From NCBI GenBank assembly GCA_029856525.1, contig JAHQXC010000029.1:1-14844 (forward strand): a stretch of 14,844 nt of DNA, in the 5' to 3' direction. Each line of letters starts with the position of its first letter. The stretch's first letter is position 1. Positions 1-7,532 of the stretch are shown here, piece after piece. Below the pieces are notes generated by a model, which saw nothing but the letters and a program-made list of their open reading frames with translations, was not told where the DNA came from and did no database searches. Made by a program: the position numbers and the translations under genes. This stretch comes from Candidatus Odinarchaeia archaeon. Lineage in GTDB: Archaea; Asgardarchaeota; Odinarchaeia; Odinarchaeales; Odinarchaeaceae.

Positions 1-2516
1 GTCTGCGGTGTTACGAGAACTGTTTTAGCGGCTCCTGTAACGTTGAGCCTGCCGCTTCCGCTGCGATGAATATTGCATTCAACTATTAGGATAACTCCTT
101 TTCTACCAGTTATATCTGTTCCAAGCCCGTAGGCTACACCCTGCTGGGGTTCACATGGTATAACGCTTTCCTGAGCGTCTACGATTTCAGCGTCAACCTC
201 TTGCTCTAATATGTTTGCAGCCTGTTCGAAGTGGAATAATCTTACTTTATAATTATCCGGTGTGATATCTTCGATCCTTAAATTATTCCCTGTTTTCTCA
301 CGAATTATTTCGATAACCTTTTTCAAACGTTTCAAGTCTTCTTCGAATATTTCAGGGGAGTAATATGTTCCAGGAACCTTGTTGGTTACCTCCCAGGCGG
401 CGAATATTTCCTGTGATCTTAAACGGTTAGCCTCTTTTATAACCTCGCCCATAACTCTCGGGGAGACTATTCTATGTCTTTTGAAGATTTTTAAAACAGA
501 CTCCACTGTAACCTCTTCATCTAAATGCTGGAGGTAATTATTTAAGTGTATTCTAATTATGCTTATACGCTCTTCGTCGTTTCTAGGAAGAGGTATTTCA
601 ATAATATTCGGTTCGAAACGGTTTAAAACAGCTTCATCTATCGCTTCAAGTTTATTAGTAGCGGCTATTACTATCACATTCTCTAATGGTTGAAGACCGT
701 CTAGTTCAGTTAATATTTGAGCGGTTATTTTATCTCCTACAGGGTCTCCTTTCCTTCTACCAGCTATTATATCGAATTCGTCGAAGAATATGATGCTCGG
801 GGATTCTTTTCTAGCATAGTCGAAGAGGTCTCTAACGTTTTTTTCCGGTTCACCAACCCATTTAGCGTTTATTAATAGTTGAGCGGCTGGAGCGTAGAAG
901 AATGTTGCACTGTTCTCTTTCGCTATAGCTTTAGAGATATGGGTTTTACCGCATCCAGGCTCCCCCCATAATATGAATCCTTTAGGCGGAACCCAGCCTA
1001 GTTTTGTGCCGATCTCAGGGTGGAGGCTTAAAGATATACTCTTAAATATACGCTCTTTAATACCGATTAAACCGCCTACATCCTCATAGGTGACTGTGGG
1101 TTTTATTTTAAGAACGGAGCTTAAAACCTCAGTGCTCTTCTCTTTCTCCAGGTATCCTCTTAAACCACGAGCTGCGAGTTTAAAATCCTCTAAGGTTACC
1201 TCATATGTTAAAGGCTTCATAGATTTCGGATAAGATGTGAAAAGTTTCTCTCTAAGCGGCTCAACTTTCATGTTTCGAACTTTTTGAACAGCGTCGATAA
1301 TGTCGAATGGGGTTAGCTGAGTCTGCCGGTATACGCTGACAGCCTTTTCCAGGGTATCCATTATCTGTTTTTCATCTAGATAATCCCAGCCGTTTTTCAC
1401 AAGCTCAGCGTGTAAAACAGCTTCAAGCATTTCACGTGTAATATTCTGATCTAAGTCGACGAAGTAAGCTCTCCTCCGGATATCTTCTCTAACAGACTCA
1501 AAGGAGTTTGTCGCGGCGATAACTACAACTCGAGCCTCTGTGTCTAAGACTTTTTTTAAGCCTTCTATGAATGTGCTTTGAACACGTAAATCTTCTATTT
1601 GCGCCATCTGCGTGTCATGCCGGCTAACATGTTTAGCGAAGCTGTCAAATTCGTCGAAGAATAGTACTGAGGGAACGTTTACAGCTGACTTAAATATTTG
1701 ATTTAGGTTTCTAGCCGATTCACCGTAGTAAGGGTTGAAGACATCTGAGCTTTTAACCCCTCTTACTTGAACATTAACCCCTGCTTTCAACCCTTCTATA
1801 ACAGCTTCACGCATACAGACTTCAGCTAGCAGTGTTTTACCTGTACCGGTCATGCCTTTTATGAGAAAGAATTTCGGAGGCGGGTCTCCTTTAAATATTC
1901 TTCTGAATTGAGGATCTCTTAACACATGGTATAATATGCTACTCATTATGAAGCGGAATTCTTTCTCTCTTCCTACAAGCTGCTCTTTAGACTTAGGTAA
2001 ATCTAATTCAAGGCTTGAAAGTATTTTCCTCTTTTTTCTAGGTGTAAGCTGAGCTGCAAGCCACCTCCGGTATTCTGGTGTACTTAGATAGAGAAGCGGT
2101 GACAGTATTCCAGCCGACCGCTTATGGATAACCCACCAAGGAGTGAAATCGTAGACCTGTTCATCTATCATCTCATATATATGCTTTAACTTGTAGGCGG
2201 CGTAGATTATACCTGTGAAGAAGAGTAGTAGAATGGATAGAACCGGTATTGTTAAAGGAATATAGGCGGCCGGATTTACAGGGAGAAGCGCATCCACTAA
2301 AGCCACTGAGATCATTATTAAACTATACGAGAGAAATGATAGAAGAGAGGAGAAGAATAAGTATCTTACTAGAACAGCGAGTGTTTCACTTCTAGTCCAT
2401 ACGAATGTAGGTTTTCTTCGGTTGAATTCAACAGTTCTAGCTGCTATATACATGTAAGGTGTTAGCACTGCTATAAAAATAGCTGTCTCTAGGATGGTGA
2501 AGTCTAAAACTCCCAT
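1..2516 (-). CDS. Membrane-anchored tandem AAA+ ATPase (Cdc48/VAT-like D1+D2) fused to a C-terminal Lon/S16-type protease domain; 3' end truncated by the window
   Basis: Hand translation from ATG 2516 gives an open frame to position 1 (838 codons, no stop). Residues ~8-108 form three hydrophobic segments. D1: Walker A GMTGTGKT (1856-1833), pore loop NPYYGES, Walker B VLFFDE (1667-1650), VVVIAATN. D2: TYEDVGGL, PPKGFILWGEPGCGKT (Walker A 965-942), pore loop AKWVGEPE, IIFFDE (794-777), ILTELDGL, VIVIAATN..IDEAVLNRF. The last ~50 aa, PQQGVAYGLG..GVILIVE..GSGRLNVTG, resemble the start of Lon_C (VGQVTGLAW..GDLLTIE..GKGKLTYTG). Confidence 0.9.
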   Translation of the reverse strand, partial: MGVLDFTILETAIFIAVLTPYMYIAARTVEFNRRKPTFVWTRSETLAVLVRYLFFSSLLSFLSYSLIMISVALVDALLPVNPAAYIPLTIPVLSILLLFFTGIIYAAYKLKHIYEMIDEQVYDFTPWWVIHKRSAGILSPLLYLSTPEYRRWLAAQLTPRKKRKILSSLELDLPKSKEQLVGREKEFRFIMSSILYHVLRDPQFRRIFKGDPPPKFFLIKGMTGTGKTLLAEVCMREAVIEGLKAGVNVQVRGVKSSDVFNPYYGESARNLNQIFKSAVNVPSVLFFDEFDSFAKHVSRHDTQMAQIEDLRVQSTFIEGLKKVLDTEARVVVIAATNSFESVREDIRRRAYFVDLDQNITREMLEAVLHAELVKNGWDYLDEKQIMDTLEKAVSVYRQTQLTPFDIIDAVQKVRNMKVEPLREKLFTSYPKSMKPLTYEVTLEDFKLAARGLRGYLEKEKSTEVLSSVLKIKPTVTYEDVGGLIGIKERIFKSISLSLHPEIGTKLGWVPPKGFILWGEPGCGKTHISKAIAKENSATFFYAPAAQLLINAKWVGEPEKNVRDLFDYARKESPSIIFFDEFDIIAGRRKGDPVGDKITAQILTELDGLQPLENVIVIAATNKLEAIDEAVLNRFEPNIIEIPLPRNDEERISIIRIHLNNYLQHLDEEVTVESVLKIFKRHRIVSPRVMGEVIKEANRLRSQEIFAAWEVTNKVPGTYYSPEIFEEDLKRLKKVIEIIREKTGNNLRIEDITPDNYKVRLFHFEQAANILEQEVDAEIVDAQESVIPCEPQQGVAYGLGTDITGRKGVILIVECNIHRSGSGRLNVTGAAKTVLVTPQ

Positions 2517-2612
2517 TTTCTCTCAAATATCTTATAATACGGTTAGACTCAAAAATTTAACTATTACGCAAATAATTTTTTAATTCTATAATAAATTTTA
2601 TAAAATATGGAG

Positions 2613-3158
2613 TTATTTTTTAACTCCTTCAAGATGGTATGCTCCCTTATATCGTTTAGATGCTTTAGCTTTAAATAAGACTAGTTGACCTATAGGAGTG
2701 CCCTGTTCTAAGCTGAATGGCATCGTGGTTTTCAGTAAACCTTTACCGTAGCCTTCATACCCGCTATCCCATACAGACGTAGTTATAACAGCTCCATACA
2801 ACCGCCAGAGAGTACTTCTCTGAAAGAATAACCCCATCGCATCCAATGGGATTTTAACCTTCTCCATGTATTCTATGATGTAAGTAGAGTTAGCTTTCAA
2901 CTGCCAGAATAAACCTTTAAGCTCCTCGTCGTATATAGGCTGATACTCTTTAAGCTCACAGCCTTTTCTATTATTCTTGCTGAAAAATAGTTTACCGTTT
3001 GTTAAATCAACCAGCTCATATACTTTATTAATTCTAAGATCCACGCCGTTAGGCTGTATTTGATCCTCCGCGGGCTTCGGTTCAATGAGATGACACCACT
3101 CTAACGGGGATATTACTGAAAAATATCTCCCATTCCACTTTAACTTCAACCCATCCAC
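2613..3158 (-). CDS. dut: Trimeric dUTPase / dCTP deaminase family protein, most likely archaeal dUTPase
   Basis: Motifs QIQPNGVDLR, RSTLWR, VWDSGYEG, IGQLV and C-terminal YKGAY. The deaminase catalytic Glu (the LE after DPGxxG) is not evident, which favours dUTPase. The start codon is uncertain (GTG 3158 or a downstream TTG). Confidence 0.75.
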   Translation of the reverse strand: MDGLKLKWNGRYFSVISPLEWCHLIEPKPAEDQIQPNGVDLRINKVYELVDLTNGKLFFSKNNRKGCELKEYQPIYDEELKGLFWQLKANSTYIIEYMEKVKIPLDAMGLFFQRSTLWRLYGAVITTSVWDSGYEGYGKGLLKTTMPFSLEQGTPIGQLVLFKAKASKRYKGAYHLEGVKK

Positions 3159-3225
3159 CCTTCAATAAATGTTAAAATATTTTGAAGATATTGAAAATAA
3201 TTCAGCTTATAAAGTCTCAGCTAGA

Positions 3226-4377
3226 TTAACTGTTTACTCTTTTAATACTGTTGAAGACTTCGCTTAATGTTTCTGAAAGATTTAAAGAGTTTTCAACTCT
3301 CTCGATTATTTCAAGATCAGCTTTAATCGAAGGATGTTTAGGTGTGAAAACACAGCATGCTTTACTTTCAAGTGATATATTGAATGACCCTATTTTTTTA
3401 GCAAGCTGTTCGATTTCAAGTTTATCGAAGACTGCTAAAGGTCTTATAACAGGTATTGTTTTAACAGCGTTTGAGATCACTCGCATATTTCTCATGGTTT
3501 GACTCGCTTTCTGGCCTATGGATTCACCTGTAACTATCGCATCAGCTTTCAATTTTAAAGCTAGCTGTTCAGCTATTCTCAACATGCAACGCTTGCAAAG
3601 AAGGCAAATATATTTGCTCCCCGGTATATTTTTCGTGATATATTCGAGCAGTCGACTGTAAGGGACTGTGTAAACAGGGATCCTCCTATAAGAGGAGTAT
3701 TCTTCAAGCTTATCTCTTATTTTAATAATGTTTTCAATCATATTATCAGAAGCATAAGGGGTGTTATCAAAGTATAGTATTACAGGTAAGCCGCCTCTTT
3801 TCATCACAAGATAGGCTGCAACCGGGGAGTCTATACCCCCGGAGATAAGAGAGATAAACCGGCTTTGAGTTCCAACAGGCAGACCGCCTGGACCGGGGAT
3901 AACCTGATCGTAGATAAACGCTTGGCTCTCTCTAACTTCAACAAAGATAGTTTTATCAGGGTTCTCTAAATCCACTTTTAATTTATTACCAAAGTAATCT
4001 AGTATTCTACTACCAGCTTCTCTTTCAATCTCTCTACTAGTGTAATCATGTAACCCGGTTCGCCTGCATCTTACAGCAAACGTATCCGCGTCTGATAGGA
4101 TTCTAGCAGCGTAGTTAACTATCTCGTCAACTAGCTGATCTCTATGTGATAGTGTTATTTTCACGGGTGAAAAAGAGGCTACACCGAATACTCGGCTTAA
4201 CGCGGTTTCCGCTTCTTTACTATCGGTTTCCACGTATATGCGGCCTCTCTCCCTGTATACTCTTATATTAGAGTCTTTTAAAACACGCTTAATGTTTTTG
4301 ACGAGCAGTTTTTCAAAGAATGCTCTAGATTTATCTGATTTGACACCGATTTCAGCGTATCTTACAAGGTATATCAT
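3226..4377 (-). CDS. thiI: tRNA 4-thiouridine synthase ThiI (NFLD-THUMP-PP-loop, no rhodanese domain)
   Basis: N-terminal VRYAEIGVKS, THUMP TFAVRCRR, PP-loop SGGIDS, TGESIGQKASQT, RPLAVFDK and CC..PKHP. SD-like GTGGTG upstream. Confidence 0.95.
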   Translation of the reverse strand: MIYLVRYAEIGVKSDKSRAFFEKLLVKNIKRVLKDSNIRVYRERGRIYVETDSKEAETALSRVFGVASFSPVKITLSHRDQLVDEIVNYAARILSDADTFAVRCRRTGLHDYTSREIEREAGSRILDYFGNKLKVDLENPDKTIFVEVRESQAFIYDQVIPGPGGLPVGTQSRFISLISGGIDSPVAAYLVMKRGGLPVILYFDNTPYASDNMIENIIKIRDKLEEYSSYRRIPVYTVPYSRLLEYITKNIPGSKYICLLCKRCMLRIAEQLALKLKADAIVTGESIGQKASQTMRNMRVISNAVKTIPVIRPLAVFDKLEIEQLAKKIGSFNISLESKACCVFTPKHPSIKADLEIIERVENSLNLSETLSEVFNSIKRVNS

Positions 4378-4498
4378 ATTCTACACCACTCTAATTATAG
4401 GATCGCCAATTTTCAACCATCATATTGAAGAGGATCTCTTCGATGAAGGTAAATTAGAGGATTCGCTGGAAAAATTTAAACATTGAATAGCTAATAGC

Positions 4499-4507
4499 TT
4501 TATATAA
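4499..4507 (+). promoter_or_regulatory. Putative TATA box for the HTH regulator gene
   Basis: TTTATATAA ~35 nt upstream of ATG 4541, followed by SD-like GCGGTG (4528-4533). Confidence 0.45.
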
Positions 4508-4540
4508 TGTTAAATTATTTAATTATAGCGGTGTTATAAT

Positions 4541-4867
4541 ATGAGTGCACCGTGCGAGTTCGCTGTAAAATATCTTTATCCAATAGTTAGATCAGAGATA
4601 GCTAAATTCTTAATAAATAATTTGAAGCTCACGCAGGTTCAAGCGGCGGAGAAACTAGGGATAACCCAAGCGGCGGTAAGCCAGTATACGAGTTTGAAAA
4701 GAGGGGGAAGGATTGAAAAAATCCCTGAGAGAGTTCAAAAAATCATTAAAGAGTGCTTAAAAGAGTTATGCACACCGGATTGCGCTGACAGGATCTCTGA
4801 GAAATCCGTTGAGCAAACTGTTTGCAATATTTGTAAACGTATTAAAAATTTGGGTAGCGTTAACTAG
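4541..4867 (+). CDS. XRE-type HTH transcriptional regulator (COG2522-like), cysteine-rich
   Basis: N-terminal PCE..P..R..IA, HTH TQVQAAEKLGITQAAVSQY..KRG, C-terminal CNIC. Six Cys in 108 aa. Its stop codon overlaps the hypB stop in the palindrome CTAG (4864-4867). Confidence 0.8.
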   Translation: MSAPCEFAVKYLYPIVRSEIAKFLINNLKLTQVQAAEKLGITQAAVSQYTSLKRGGRIEKIPERVQKIIKECLKELCTPDCADRISEKSVEQTVCNICKRIKNLGSVN

Positions 4868-5553
4868 AGGCCTAAAGCTGTTATAAACTCGTTTAATCCT
4901 TCACCCGTCTTCGCGCTTGTTAAAATTATCTTAGCCTTCGAGTTAACGCTTTCAGCATCGCGGATTAATTTTTCAACGTTCACACCCATGATCTGCGCGA
5001 GATCGATTTTATTAATAACTATTACATGAGCGTCTTTAAATATCATCGGATGTTTTAAAACCATGCTATCCCCTTCGGTGACGCTTATAACGGTAACGTT
5101 TAATTCAGCGCCTAGAGGGAAATCAGCTGGGCATATCAGGTTACCTACGTTTTCAATAATCAACAGGTTTGTTTTAGCCAAGTCTATTTTTCTCAGAGCT
5201 CGTTTAATAAGCATCGCATCCAAATGACATTCCTTCCCGGTGTTAACTTGAATAGTGTTAACACCATACCTTTGAATCCTATCCGCGTCGATAGTTGTGG
5301 TTACATCCCCTGCGATAACAGTTATATTATACTTATCTTTGAGTTTTTCTACAAGCCGCTCTATAAGAAGAGTTTTACCTGCTCCAACAGAACCTCGAAT
5401 GTCAATTGACTTAACCCCGTGTTGCCTAAGAAGTTTACGATTAGATTCAGCTAAACTCCTGTTAGCAGCTAAAAGATCCTCTTCGATTTCAACATCTAAA
5501 ACTTCTCCTTCATCAGCGACTATCAATTTATCGTTTTTCTTCAAAGAAACCAC
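4864..5553 (-). CDS. hypB: Hydrogenase nickel incorporation GTPase HypB
   Basis: GSVGAGKT P-loop, ECHLDA, ENVGNLICPA.F.LG, SVTEG, NKID. The likely true start is TTG 5544, downstream of the SD AGGTGG. Confidence 0.95.
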   Translation of the reverse strand: MVSLKKNDKLIVADEGEVLDVEIEEDLLAANRSLAESNRKLLRQHGVKSIDIRGSVGAGKTLLIERLVEKLKDKYNITVIAGDVTTTIDADRIQRYGVNTIQVNTGKECHLDAMLIKRALRKIDLAKTNLLIIENVGNLICPADFPLGAELNVTVISVTEGDSMVLKHPMIFKDAHVIVINKIDLAQIMGVNVEKLIRDAESVNSKAKIILTSAKTGEGLNEFITALGL

Positions 5554-5829
5554 CTAAAAATTATAGGAAACTTTTATTTTTAATTCTTTCTAACCGGTGT
5601 GCTTCCCAAATTATGCAACTGGAAGCCTAAGATCTCCCAGCGCTTAAATTATTTTTAAACACAACCTCAACGGCTAGTTTAACTTTCAGCAGCTTACGCT
5701 CCTTTCAATATAAAGGAGATGTGAGCTGAGAAGATTAGATGATTCTCCTATCTTATAATATTTTTGAGTAGACTATATTAGAGCTAATTTAAGCTAATAG
5801 AGATAAAACCAATATGCGTAAGAGTAGGT

Positions 5830-5849
5830 CCTTTTATTAAGATAAAAGG
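5830..5849. repeat. Perfect 8-bp inverted repeat CCTTTTAT-taag-ATAAAAGG in the long intergenic region
   Basis: Read directly from the sequence; function unknown (operator or hairpin). Confidence 0.35.
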
Positions 5850-6060
5850 TTTATAAGTTTGCATTCACTTAACTCGTAAAGTATACCTGTCTATAAGTTA
5901 TTTTAACTGGATTTAAGCCGTTATAGTATTTAATTTCTCATTCTGAGAATACTTTTAATATTACATTTAAAGTTTGATAGTATACGCGCTATTGTGAAGT
6001 GTTTTCGAAGTATCCGGTTTCCCCGCAGTCTAACAGTCGGTTCATTCTATAAGTTATAAA

Positions 6061-7437
6061 TCACTGTTTACTTAAACTGTCCCAAGATGGATCCGCGGAT
6101 AGAAGCGTCCATGGGTAGGCGATTATATCCTTCATATACTCTTGCTGCCAAGCGTACTCGGTGTGCTGTGTGAAATATTCCTTTGCTATGAAAGATGCCC
6201 CGCATGGTTTCCCCCAGTGAGCCCACTGCTGGCCTTTAGCTATAAGCGTGGAGTTAACGACTTTACCGTCTGTTGTACCGAAAGGATAGTATGGCCCAGC
6301 TCCCCATTCAGGCCATCCACGCGGGTCAACTTCAATGTGACCGCATATAGTGTTACTTGAAGGAGCTTCTTTATTTAAAGATACGTCGAAGTGATCGGCT
6401 AATATGATTTTACCGAGTTCGATGTTAAGTCTGCCGTAATTGGATTGAATTAGAGGCTCGAGGCGACAGTAACGGGCGATGTGTGATCTAGTCTGATTAT
6501 TATAGTCTACGATTGTCTCCTCTCTCACAGCAGGGTCAAGGGCTAGATTAGATCCTATGAAGACCCCGTTTTTAGTTCGCTTTAAAGCGTAATGCTTAGT
6601 AGCTAACTCAAGCCAGAGTATCTCTCCTGTTTTAATATCTCCTACAAGCCAGTCGCATGCGAAACCGCCGTTATTATCTGTTAACATGATTTCAAGCCAT
6701 TTATCAAGTGAGTCGGCGTATTGTATTGCTTTCCGACCTCTTACAAAATATGGTGTACCCTTCGGGTTAAATGTGACTGCGCCTGTAATAGTGGTCTCTG
6801 AAACCATTAAACCAGCACTGTTCATATCCCAGTCTATAGTGTTACCTCCTATTGAACCTGGACCTGTTTCAATAAACATTTTATATCCTTTCACAGGGTT
6901 AATAGTCATCATAATATTGAAAAGCCCGCCGAGGATATAATTCCACCACATGTTATGAGCTAAAACAATCTCACCGTTATCGGTAGCGTCACCTGTAGCG
7001 ATAAAAGCGCTGCAGTGTCCCGGTGTGGGAATATTAGAAGAATTACTAGCCTCGTATTGCTTCCAAGCATAATATGTTAAAGTATCCCCGTAGCCGTTAA
7101 TCGCGATGATATCTATAACATCTATGTTTTTTACACCAGCATAGATAGCGCCGTCCACTATACCATTCATTTCTTGAAGCTGTTCTTCAGGTATTTTCGG
7201 CAAATATAGTTCTGCCGCTATTCTCCTGAAATTAGGCCAGGGAATCTTATACTCGACTTCGAAGAATCTTCCTAAAACTGTTAAAGCGTGTTTTATCTCG
7301 TTTGCAAGCAAGTAACCGTGTTGGAACCCTATTTGGTACGGTTCACCGTGGAGATGAACTCTCAGCCAACCGTTCACAGGGCATCTATAAGAGCCGCATA
7401 AAAGTTCTTTAGCCTTAGATTCAGAGATATTTACCAT
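6061..7437 (-). CDS. Phospholipase B-like / peptidase C45-family Ntn hydrolase (autocleaved, Cys nucleophile)
   Basis: N-terminal HGEPYQIGFQHG..L, flexible linker then GH|CSAFI (Cys142, nt 7014-7012), AHNMW, NSAGLMVSETT, NNGGFACDWLVGD and GSN, all typical of PLBD1/PLBD2-like Ntn hydrolases. No signal peptide is evident. Confidence 0.8.
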   Translation of the reverse strand: MVNISESKAKELLCGSYRCPVNGWLRVHLHGEPYQIGFQHGYLLANEIKHALTVLGRFFEVEYKIPWPNFRRIAAELYLPKIPEEQLQEMNGIVDGAIYAGVKNIDVIDIIAINGYGDTLTYYAWKQYEASNSSNIPTPGHCSAFIATGDATDNGEIVLAHNMWWNYILGGLFNIMMTINPVKGYKMFIETGPGSIGGNTIDWDMNSAGLMVSETTITGAVTFNPKGTPYFVRGRKAIQYADSLDKWLEIMLTDNNGGFACDWLVGDIKTGEILWLELATKHYALKRTKNGVFIGSNLALDPAVREETIVDYNNQTRSHIARYCRLEPLIQSNYGRLNIELGKIILADHFDVSLNKEAPSSNTICGHIEVDPRGWPEWGAGPYYPFGTTDGKVVNSTLIAKGQQWAHWGKPCGASFIAKEYFTQHTEYAWQQEYMKDIIAYPWTLLSADPSWDSLSKQ

Positions 7438-7532
7438 TACACTACCGCCTTAATAATTTATACTAAAAATTAATTAATATAATTCTTTAATTATACTAAT
7501 AAAAGTATTTATTCCTTTATTTATGTAAGATG

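Noticed and set aside
2613-3158. dCTP deaminase (dcd) call
   Set aside because: The conserved catalytic Glu after the DxGxxG motif is not apparent (WDSGYEGYGKGLL), so dUTPase is preferred, though dcd is not excluded.
5554-6060. Possibility of a tRNA, rRNA, SRP/RNase P RNA, C/D sRNA, CRISPR array or replication origin in the long gap
   Set aside because: No cloverleaf, no GC-rich stems, no clear box C/D pair, no regularly spaced repeats, and no ORB motif or adjacent cdc6.
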